64,000 bases of DNA from Nitrosopumilus sp. (GTDB lineage Archaea > Thermoproteota > Nitrososphaeria > Nitrososphaerales > Nitrosopumilaceae), in NCBI GenBank assembly GCA_965218785.1, contig OZ244650.1, positions 1,216,001 through 1,280,000 of the forward strand. Reading direction: 5' to 3'. A program made the position numbers and the translations under genes. The notes under the pieces were generated by a model, which saw nothing but the letters and a program-made list of their open reading frames with translations, made no database searches and was not told the origin of the DNA. Below are positions 35,801 to 47,800 of this stretch, piece by piece. How positions within the stretch are numbered: position 1 is the first letter of the stretch; every line of letters begins with the position of its first letter.

Positions 35801-38800
35801 GAGGTAACATCATCGGCATCACACGCCGTAGTTATCTGGATAGCTGGTGCACCGCCCTGAGAATACCATGGAGTGTTGCCTGCCTGGCCTCCAAGCTGTA
35901 TCCGTATGGGATTATCAGTGTTTACCACAGAGCCTGCTTGTCCTATCTCGATGCAGGATGCCTGCACACCGGAATCTATTGCAGCAGAGTTACAAGCAGT
36001 GTCAGAGTCAGAGTCAGCTGGCAGTACCAGTATTCCATCAAAGGTGGGCGAGCTAAAACTGGTGTCAGCAGGAATGGTCACCTGGATGTTCCCTCCACGC
36101 AGACCTGTCGCAGTTACCATAATCTCGGTGTTTGTCGTGACAGTTGGAATTCCTCCTGGGGATGCTACCAGTGATGAATAATCCAGCGTGGCATCGACTG
36201 TACTTGGATATTTGATTGTGGCAAGGGTGGAATCAGGATCAGTGACTGCGATGCGGTCGTCAGTATCGTCAAGTATGATGGCGTTTTCTGCTGTTACCGG
36301 ATAGTCTTCTAGTGGTGAGAGCGCCGATGTAGAGTCTGATGTCTTTGTTGGACCAGCTATGTCGATTGTGGCAGTGGTTCCGGCTGGGGTAGTTGAGAGG
36401 ATGAGTGATATGACAGTGTAATTGGCATCATCGGGAGTGGCATCAATAAACGAATCTATTGTATGGGGCATGCCAGCAGGTGACATTACGTCATCATAAT
36501 GGGAGGCATCCGTAGTTACTAGTTTGCTGTAGATTATGGTGATTATATTATTGGAGAGCCTTGCAGATACTATCTCAGGTACTGCCGCATCAACTGTGAC
36601 AGTATATGTGTTAGATGCCTCGTTTTGGTTGCCGGCAGGATCTTCTGCCACATTTTCAGGTACGGATACTATTACGGTACCATCAGATGAGGTTGTACCA
36701 TCAGATGAGGTTGCCACAGCAAAGGTGTATGTGGTGTCTGCGGGGTCTGTGATAACTGTTGCAAAGGATGATGCCACAGGTGCGCCACCTGATGCCGTTC
36801 CAGATACTGCGATATTATCCACACCAAAGCCTGGCACAGGCTCGTTGAAGGTGACAGTGTAGGATACGGTGTCAGTAAGTGAGATGCCGTTATCAGCGAT
36901 TCCATCGTCGTTAGTTATGGTTACAGTTGGTGCTGCAGTATCCACAATTACATCAGAGCCGCCAAGTGATGCAGTATCAGTAGTTGCAGGAAGGCTCAGA
37001 ACTGCATCAATGTTGCTATCAGCAGTGGCAGTAATGCTTCCGCCGTTTAATGCAAGCGAGGTTGTAGAGTCATAGTTGAGATTACCAGAATTCTGTCCTG
37101 CGGCAACAGTATATGAGAATTCCTGTGTTGTTCCAGGCGCGCCTGGGACATGTCTGGCTACTCCACCGGTATCCAGTGTCAGCTGCGGGATGCCGCCTAC
37201 CGTTACTGACTCGCTAAATGTTATGGTAATGTTAATTGAGTCGCCTTCGCTGTATGAACCGTCTGATGCAGATACGCTGACTACGGTTGGTGCAACAGTT
37301 GTGACGGCAGTTGTCACTGTAACGGAATATGCAGCGGATGCCAGGTTTGCGTTGCCTGCAGTATCTGTTGCCACGGATTCTGGGATGGATACTGTAACTG
37401 TACCAACAGAGGTGGTCATTACATCAAAGGTGTAGGTGCTCTCGGTTCCCATTAAGTTTGATGCTGTAGGCGAACCACCAGATGCGCTTCCAGATACTGT
37501 AATGTCTGCCACAGCAAAGTCAGTCACATCCTCGCTAAAGACAACATCATATGATACGGTACCAGTGCTGTGCGTGCCGCCGTTTGCAGTATCAGTAGTT
37601 ATGGTTACAGTTGGTGCAAGATCAAATATCTGCACCCTGTTGTTACCGCTGTCTGCAACCAGTAGGTGCGTGGAGTTTATGGTGATTCCCCGGGGACTGT
37701 CAAACTGGTTGTTGCCAGTACCAGAACTGGTGCCAGAACTGCCAATTGTGCTGACAAAGTTGCCGTTAATATCAAATACCTGTATCCTGTGGTTTAAGGT
37801 GTCTGCAACCAGTATGTGCGTGGATGTTGTTGCAATTCCTACGGGATCATCAAACTGACCGTTGGCGGTGCCGCGACTGCCAATTGTGCTGACAAAGTCG
37901 CTGTCCATATTAAATACCTGTATCCTGTCGTTGCGGGTGTCTGCAACCAGTATGTGCGTGGAGTTTGTCGTGATTGCTTCTGGTCGGGAAAACTGGCCGT
38001 CGTTTGCACCGGGACTGCCAATCTTGCTGACAAAACGGCCATCCGAATCAAATACCTGTATCCTGTCGTTGAGGTTGTCTGCAACCAGTATGTTCGTAGA
38101 GGTTGTCGTGATTCCACTAGGACGGATAAACTCGCCGTTGTTAGAACCAAGGATGCCAAACTGGCGTACAAAAGTACCCTGCAAATCAAATATCTGCACC
38201 CTCGCATTACCGGTATCAGCAACTAGTATGTTCGTGGAGGTTGCAGTGATTCCTCGGGGGTTAAAAAAGTGGCCGGCGTCTGAGCCGCTATTACCATACT
38301 GGCGGAGAAGGACGTCATTTTCATCAAATTGCTGTATGATATTGCCAAACTGGTTGGAATAGGTGCCGTCCAGATCAAATACCTGTATCCTGTGGTTTAA
38401 GGTGTCTGCAACCAGTATGTTTGTAGGTGTCGTTGCAACCCCGTACGGGTTGTTAAACTCTCCGTCACCTGGGCCGGAACTGCCAATCGATTGAACAAAA
38501 GTGCCGATTGGTGGGACGGTATTAACTGTGACTGTGTATGTGTCAGATTCAATGTTGCCGTTGCCTGCCGCATCTTCTGTCGCATCTGCGGGAATTGATA
38601 CTGTGACCGTACCATCAGAGGTGGCAGTCACATCAAAGGTGTAGGTGGTGCCGTCTCCAGACGGTGTAGCGGCAGTTGCAGTTGCCGTACCACCTAGTGT
38701 AATATAAGCTGCGGCATCAAAGCCTGATACGGCCTCATTAAAGGTGGCAGTATAGGTAATGGTACGGAAGTTTGTGGAACCTTCATTAGCTGCAGCACCC

Positions 38801-41800
38801 GTGGTTATGGTTACGGCAGGTGCGGCGGTATCCACTGTGATGGAATAGGGGGCAGATGCCACATTGTCGCGGCCTGCGGCATCTGTTGCCACATCTTCAG
38901 AAACAGATACTGTGATCGTACCATCGGAGGTGGCTGCCACCTCAAAGGTGTAGGTGTCCTCGGATCCTGCAAAGTTTGTCGCTGCAGGCGCGCTGCCAGA
39001 TGCGGTTCCAGATACTGTGATGTCTCCCACAACAAAGTCATCCACATCCTCGCTGAATGTGACAGTGTAGGACACAGTGCCGGTGTTGTACGTGCCGCCG
39101 TGTACGGTGCCAGCCGCAGTTATGAGCACAGATAGTGCAAGATCAAATATCTGTATCCTGTCGTTGCCGCTGTCTGCAACCAGCAGGTGCGTGGAGTTTG
39201 TGGCGATTCCTTGTGGACGGTCAAACTGGTTGTTGCCCGTACCGGAACTGGCGTCAGAATTGCCAATTGTGCTGACATGGATGCCGTTAATATCAAATAT
39301 CTGTATCCTGTTGTTGCCGGTGTCTGCAACCAGTATGTGCTCGTGGGTTACGGTGATTCCTTCTGGGAAGTTAAACTGGCCGTTGTCTGTGCCGAAGCTG
39401 CCAAACGAGCTGAGATAGGTGCCGTCCAGATCAAATATCTGTATCCTGTTGTTGTAGGTGTCTGCAACCATGATGTTCGTGGGGGTTGTGCTAATGTCTA
39501 TTGGCGTGTTAAACGCGCCGTCAGTTATGCCGGAATTGTCAAAGTGGCGGAGATAGGTGCCATCCAGATCAAATACCTGTATCCTGTTGTTGCCGGTGTC
39601 TGCAACCAGTATGTGCGTCGAGTTTGCCGTGATTCCTCTTGGTATGTTAAACTGGCCGTTGCCATTACCAATACTGCCAAACTGGTCTTGATAGGTGCCG
39701 TCCAGATCAAAGACCTGTATCCTGTTGTTGTTGCGGTCTGCAACCAGGATGTTCTCAGAGGTCGTTGTGACTGCCCCGGGTGTGTTAAACACGCCGTTAG
39801 TTGTGCTGGAACGGCCAAACTGGTGGAGATATCCGCCGTTCAGATCAAATACCTGTACCCTGTTGTTGAAGGTGTCTGCAACCAGTATGTTCGTGGAGGT
39901 TGCCGTGATTTTTCGCGGTGTGTTAAACTGGTCGTTGCCCGTACCAGAACTGCCAAACGATCTGATATGGGTGCCGTCCAGATCAAATACCTGCATCATG
40001 TGGTTGCCGGTGTCTGCAACCAAGATGTGCGTGGAGTTTGTGGTGACTCCTCCTGGCGCGTTAAACAGGCCGTTGCCCGTACCAGAACTGCCAATCGTGC
40101 TGACATAGGTGCCGTCCAGATCAAATACCTGAATCCTGTTGTTGAAGGTGTCTGCAACCAGTATATGCGTGGAGTTTGTGGTGATTCCCCGCGGCGTGTC
40201 AAACCGGTCGTTGCCCGTACCGGAACTGGCGTCAGAACTGCCAATTATGTTAACACGGGTGCCGGCAGTGTCAAATATCTGTATCCTGTGGTTGCTGGTG
40301 TCTGCAACTAGGATGTGCGTGGAGTTTGCCGTGATGTCATTTGGTCTGACAAGCACGCCTCGATCAAAATCCACCGTGTTCCCTTCACCATCATCTCGTT
40401 GGATGATATCCACGCCGGAATTGTCAAACTGGCTTTGATAATTACCTTCTAGATCAAATACCTGTATCCGGTTGTTAAAGGTGTCTGCAACCAGGATGTG
40501 CGTGGAGTTTGTGGTGATTCCCAAGGGAATGTTAAACTTGCCGTTGCCCGTACCAGAACTGCCAAACGAGCTGCGATAGTCGCCATCCAGATCAAATACC
40601 TGTATCCTGTGGTTAAAAGAGTCTGCAACCAGTATGTTCTCAGAGGTCGTTGTGACTGCCCCGGGTGCGTTAAACACGCCGTTAGTTGTGCTGAAACTGC
40701 CAAACTGGCTGAGATAGTTGCCGCTCAGATCAAATATCTGTACCCTATGGTTGAGGCTGTCTGAAACCAGGATATTCGTGGGAGTCGTTGTGATTCCCCT
40801 TGGTGTGTTAAACACGCCGTCACCTGTGCCTAACCTGCCAATCGTGTGGACGTGGGTTCCAATTGTTGAACCGGTAGTATCCACTACAGTATCCACTATT
40901 ACGGCAGAACCGCCGGCAAGTGATTCACCAGAATCAGTTGCAGGAAGTGCCAGATTTGCAGGGGTAGTAGTGGTACCATCAGATGATGATATGCTTCCCC
41001 CGTTTAGTAACAGCGAGTCCGTATCCACATAGTTGAGATCATCAGAATCATGTCCTGCAAGAACGGTATATCGGAATACAAGGTCGGTTCCAGAATCGCT
41101 GTGGGTGTAATCTGCCAGAGCGTCATCGGTGCCAGTCTCCAGTAATAACTGAGGGGTTCCAATTACGGTTACCGGGCCGCTAAATGTTACGGTGATATCC
41201 AAGGTGTCACCTGCGTTGACGGTGCGGTCTTCCGCAGATACGGCAGTCACGCCATACACGGTGTTTGTCACGGGCTGGGAGTCAAATGTCGCAAGTGCGT
41301 TGGCAGAGCCGTCAAATATGGTATCACCGGTATATCTGACTGTAACCGTACTGCCAACGACAATTGGCATATCCAACGTTATGGTAATGGTGCGGCCAGC
41401 CACCACAGGATCACCAGCCACCACAGGATCATCAGCCACCACAGGATCATCAGAAACTATATTCTCTGAAACCTCAAAGACTTCCGCAGTCGTAGTTCCC
41501 ACCAGGCGTTCTGATGCCGTAAGTAGGATCGTGTTCTCATCAGGGGTCGTAGCAGATGTGATGGTTGGCAGAACGGTATCAGAGCCAGTAAGTATGGCGG
41601 CGATTGTCTTGATCGTGTTGGAAGCTGCAGCATCAAGTGGCAGGGTTTCTGGAAGATCCCCTCCATACACAAGTGCAAGTGTCTCGTCATCGACTTGGGC
41701 AAGCGAGTTGAATGCGCCGTCTGCAGTATCGTGCTCAAAGGGTCCGCCTGCCTCAGTCAGACCGCTGGATAATATGTTATACATCTGAATAAAGCCATAG

Positions 41801-44800
41801 CCGTCTGCACCCCTGTATGCCAGAGCTAGCGTGTCATCATCTAGCAATACCAGCGAGTTGAGGTGTATGCGTTCAAATGCCGCGTCTGCCGCGTCATTAT
41901 AATACGTGACAGTCGCGCCCCTCTGTGTAATTGTACCGTCTGTTGCAACATCAAATATCTTGAGACGTCCCTCCCCGTCACCTGTAATGTTAGTACCAAT
42001 ATCAGAGTATGCAAGTGCGACTGTGGTCGCATCGATTCGGACAAGGGAGGCATACGCCGTTCTGCCGGCATCATGTATAAGTGGAACTACAGTTCCAGCA
42101 TCAAAGACATCCGCGCTGCCAGGTGAAACATCAAATGCCTGTATGGTTCCAGCTGCACCGCCAACACGGTATGCAACTACGACCGTATTGGCATCCAGGG
42201 TCACCACGGATGGGTACCGTCCCTGAGCGGTGGTAACTGTTACTGGTGCACCTGCAGTCAGCGCGCCACCAGAGCCGATGTTGATATCCTGGATAAAGCC
42301 GTCAGGAGAGCCGTTTGGATGAGAATACACAATTACCAGCGTGTTGGCATCAAATAATGTCAAAGACTGGCTGGATATCTGCCCGCCGTTCTCACCTGTT
42401 CTATAGTCGACACTGTTGGGATTTCCAAATGGCGTGGTAGTAGAAGTGGTATCAACATCAAATGTTGTAACCGTGCCTACCTGACTGACAGTAGTAGTAC
42501 CTCCCTGAGTGACAGTATTAGTACGCACGTGTGAAATTGCAACGGTATCATCATCGATACGTACAAGGGAGGTAGACCTTGGATCCTCCCTTACGTCATT
42601 AGTGTTATCGCCTGAATTTTCAGTAACTGTAGCCACAGTCTGGCTGCCAATCAGCGAGATCTGCCCGTCAGTTATACTGTATAGTCTGATATCGGTATTA
42701 TGATTCCAGGTACCGCTGCCGGCAGATACGGATACGGTGTGCGAGGAGACGTAATGATTATCGGTGAGTTGTACCAGATTATGTCGGTATCCGTTGTCTG
42801 GAAGGTCGACTGAGTGTATATTCGATATGGTATGATCAGTCAAGTCAGTGGTGCTTGGCACGTTGTTTGTCACGGGCTCCATGTCAAACGCTGCAAGTGC
42901 GTTTTCTGCAACATCAGTAATGTCAGTACCGGCGTATGATACTGTGAGTACGTCTGAGGATACAATTGGCGTACCTACAGTCAGGGTTATGGTATTACCG
43001 GATATTGTAGTAGTACCGGCAACTGTATTGCTGGTAACAGTATTGCTGGTAACAGTATTACTGCTGGTAACAGTAAAGATTCCGGCAGTCGTAATTTCTG
43101 CAAGGGGTTCTGAGGTATTGATTACAATCGTGATCTCATTGGTGGTTGCAGCAGAAATGACGGCAGGTGCCATGGAATCAAATGTAACGGTGTGTGTGGC
43201 AGATGCCGTATTGAGGTTGCCTGCAGTATCTATTGCCACGTTTGCGGGAATCTGTACTGTGACTGTACCATCAGTGCTGGCAACCACAGTAAAGGTGTAT
43301 GTGATGTCATCCACAGGAGAGGTGTACGTGATGCCGCCGTCTCCAGTAGGAATAGAGACAGTTGCAGTCCTCGCCGAACCAGACAGGGCAATATCAGTTG
43401 AGGCATCACCAAAGCCAAGTATATTCTTGCTGAATACTGCAGTATATGACAGGGTGCCAGAGGTGGTATGCCCGCCGTTAGCCGTATCATCATTGGTCAG
43501 GATTACAGTTGGCACGGTGTTTGTCACAGACTGCGGGCCAAATGGGGCAAGTGCGTGTCCTGCAAGATCAGTTATGGTATTACCGCTGTAACCTATCGTA
43601 ACCGTACCACCTGCAGGAATTACCGGGCCCACAGTCAGGGTTATGGTACTGCCAGATATCACAATATTAGATATGGTACTACTGCCGGTAAGGACAAAGT
43701 CTCTGGCAGTAACAGTATTTCCTGTAAGGGGTTCTGATGCGGTAATTACTATCGTAAAGCCGTCAGGAACTGCAATAGAAGAGAAGACGGGTGCGGTGAT
43801 ATCAACTGTAATACGGTACGTGTTTGATGCCGTGTTGTCGTTGCCTGCCGCATCTGCTGCCGCACCTGCTGGAATTGACACCGTAAGAGCGCCATCACCG
43901 GTGGCAGTCACGACAAAGTCGTACGTGGTGCCAGACCCAGTTATGGAGGTGACAGTTGCCGCCGCCCCACCCAATGTGATATCAGTTGCAGCATCATTAA
44001 AGCCGGTTACTAATTCACTAAAGACTGCGGTGTATGACAGGACAGCAGAGGTTGTATCGCCGCCATTAGCCAGAGCAGTGTTGGTTATGGTTACAGTTGG
44101 AACGGTATTTGTGGCAGACTGTGCGTCAAATGTGGCAAGTGTGTTTCCTGCAGCATCAGTTATTGTATCACCGTCGTAATCCACCGCAACTGTGCCACCT
44201 GGGGGAATTGCCGTGCCCACAGTTATGGTTATGGTATTATCAGATATTACAGGGTTGGTAACGGTGTTGCCATCAATGGTATAGTCATCGACAGCAGTAG
44301 ATCCTTCAAGGGGTTCTGATGCAGTAAATACGATCGTATTGGCATTACTTGCCACAGCAGACACAATGACCGGAGAAGATGTACCGGGGTCTATTGCGAC
44401 AAGTGTCTTGATTATGTTGGGAGTTGCAGTGAAATCAGGTATGGCGGATAAAAGATCCCCGCCGTATGCCAGTGCAAGTGTGTTGTCATTTACTCGAACA
44501 AGCGAGTTGAATGCGCCGTCTGCAGTATCGTGCTCAAATGGCGCATCATTGGTGGAGGTAAGAACGCCTGTGACACGGTCTATCTCGTATGTCTGGATAA
44601 AGCCGTCACCGTCTTCACCCCTATATGCGACTGCCAGCGTGTCAGGATTGAGCATTGCCAGCGAGTTGAGGTGTACGCGTTGCTCTGATGCCGCAGATGC
44701 CGCGGCGTTGTAATACGTCAAACTGTCAAGTTCAGTAATGACGCCATTCTCAGTCATATCAAATATCTTGAGTTTTCCATTTCCGTCAGATCTGTTTCCG

Positions 44801-47800
44801 GCAGTGCCAATCTCAGAGTATGCAAGTGCCAGAGTGTCGTCATTGACTTTAATAAGAGAGTTGTATGCCGTTCTTGCACCATCTGAATAGTCAAGGGCGG
44901 GTCTGGCAGTAAATTTAATCTCGTTAGATACATAATCAAACGCCTGTACGAGTCCCGGGGTATCAGAATCGCCTCGGGATGCAACTACAAACGTATTGGC
45001 ATCCATTCTCACCATAGATGTGTACTGTCCCTGAGTGTCGGCATACGTTGATGTTGTCCCGTTGTCACCGATCAGAGCACCGGTGCGGGGATTAATACTG
45101 ACAGCCTGTATAATTGCGGATGGGTCAGAATCAAGATACGAATATGCAATCATCAGCAGGTTGGGATCTAGTGCTATCAGGGAGTGGTTGTGTGTCTGTG
45201 TACCGTACAAACCAGTTTCAAGGCCGATGCTGCGAGGATTTGTAAATGGGGTAGTATCCGAGCTGGTATCAACATCATACGTGGCAACACGACTTGTCGA
45301 GGCATCCACATATGAGACTGCGATTGTATCAGCATCTATCAGCGTGAGTGCCGTGGATCTCGGGCTGCTGAGTTCGGTAATTGGGGCAGTCTTGCTTTGA
45401 ATGGTGGCAGTACCAATCACCTGGCGGGCAATCTGCGTGATCTGCCCGTCAGTTATGGTGTATAATCCCAAGACTGTCGAGTAGTCCCATAGTGCTGAAT
45501 CGGCATTAGGTCCTGTTACCGTGTGTGAGGAGACGTAATACTCGCCTGTCAGGCGTACCAGGTTGTGCCGGTATCCGTTATCTGGAAGGGCAACAGAGTC
45601 CCTCTCAAATATGCTATGGGATGTTGGGGGAGGAATAGCCACTGTGACGGAGTGTGAGGCAAATGTGCCAAGTGTGTTACCTACGACATCAGTTATGTCA
45701 CCACCAGAGTATTCCACGGTAACAGTATTGCCATCTGTAAGCGGCGTGTCCACAGTTATAATTATTTCAAGACCCGATATCACAGGATCGGCAGATACCA
45801 TATTACCTGAAACGGTAACGTCGTTTGCAATGACAGTTCCGACAAGATATTCATCTGCCACAAGTACGATCGTGGTATCATCAGGGGTTGTAGAGCCCAC
45901 TATGGTTGGTGCGGTGGTGTCATCCTCCGTATCTACAACGGCAAATGTCTTGATACTGTTGGGAGTTGCCGTATTTCCTATCTGGGTTGAAAGATCCCCT
46001 CCGTATGCCAGTGCAAGTGTGTTGTCATCAATTCTGAGAAGCGAGTTGAATGCGCCGTCTGCAGTATCGTGCTCAAACGGTCCGCCTGTTGCCACCGGAC
46101 CGGTGGATCTCACAGCATACGTCTGGATAAAGCCGTCCCCGCCTGCACCCCTGTATGCGAGGGCCAGCGTGTCAGAGTCCAGCATGGCCAGTGAGTTGAG
46201 GTGTACGCGTTCATCGTATGGTGCGGCTGCCGCGTCGTTGTAATATATGACAGTATCGCCCCTTTGTGTAACTGTGCCGTCCGCTGCTGCAACATCAAAT
46301 ATCTTGATGTGTCCCTGCCCGTCATCTTTAATGTTATTAAAACCAATCTCAGAGTATGCAAGGGCGACGGTACTATCATCGATCCTAACAAGAGAGTTGT
46401 ACGCTATTCTGATAATGATCTTCGGATCCATTACATCGCGTTCGGTTACATCGAGTTCGTGTGCAAGGGCGTCGGCTCTTGGGGTAAATACGGGAGTACC
46501 ACTAGATGAAACATCAAATGTCCGGATAAATCCCTCGGCACCTACAAAACGGGATGATGTGAGTTCAATTGGGACCACCTCTTTTGGACCAGTGCTTGTG
46601 TCCTCACCACGGTCTCTGTTGCTATCAGTGTATGCAACTATGACAGTGTCATTATCTAGTTTGACCAGCGATGGGTACCGTCCATCATTGTCGGTAATGC
46701 TTACTGGTACACCTACACTCAGCGCGCCATTAGTGCCTATATTGATATCCTGGATAAAGCCACCAGAGGAGTTGACGGGATGCGAGTATGCAATTATCAA
46801 CCTGCCTGCATCAAATAATATCATAGAGTGATCATCTGTTTGCCCGCCTGTAGCACCGGTCTGAAAGTTGATACTTTGAGAGGGGGTAAAGTGTGTAACA
46901 GAGTAGGCAACATCAAATGTTGTGACAGTGCTTGCAAGGCCATCTCCAAATGTGCGCACGTAGGAGACTGCGATGGTATCATCATCGATACGTACAAGGG
47001 CGGCAGGTCTTGGGGGACCTCCTAGTTCAGTAGTGGGCTGGTTTATATCCTCAGTGACGGTGTTTATTACCTGGCTGCCAATCAGCGAGATCTGCCCGTC
47101 AGTTATGGTGTATAGTCTGAGGGTGGTATGGTAATTCAAGAGGGCTGGATTACTGTTAGGTCCAGTTACAGTGTGCAGTGAGATGTAATAGTTGCCGACA
47201 AGTTGTGTCATACTGTGCCGGTATCCGTTGTCTGGAAGGTCAGCAGAATCTATTTGCGATATGACGTGAATTGTTGGGGGAACCACTATTGGGGTATCCA
47301 CTGTAACGATGAACAAGTTGGATAGCGTGTTTTGGTTGTCAGATACGTCTGCTGCCACGTTTGCAGGAACTGATACCGTGAGGGTGCCATCACCGGTGGT
47401 TACCACGTCAAATGTGTATGTGAGGAGACTGGGTTGCTCAAAGTTTGATGCCGTAGGCAAGTTTTGGGATGCCGTTCCAGATACTATAATATCAGACAGG
47501 ATAAAGTCAGTTACAACCTCGCTGAAGGCTACCTCGTAGGATACGGTGTCAGTGAGTATGGTGTCGCCATTACTGTTGCCAGGTGACGATATGGTTATAG
47601 CTGGGCGTACCATGTCATCCACGGTGTTGGCTACCGATACACCGGTGAATTGGACAAGCCGGTTTCCTGCAGCATCAGTGAGGGTCTCACCGGTGTAGGA
47701 TACCATTTGGGAGTCGCCGGTAACTGCCAAAATCAACACAAGCGTTATGCCTGGATTTGTTGTGTCATGCTGTTGTAGACGAAATCCAAGGACGTCATTA

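Noticed and set aside
22195-40850. Diversity-generating retroelement acting on the NHL repeats
   Set aside because: No reverse transcriptase, no non-coding template repeat and no adenine-specific mismatch pattern are evident in the window.
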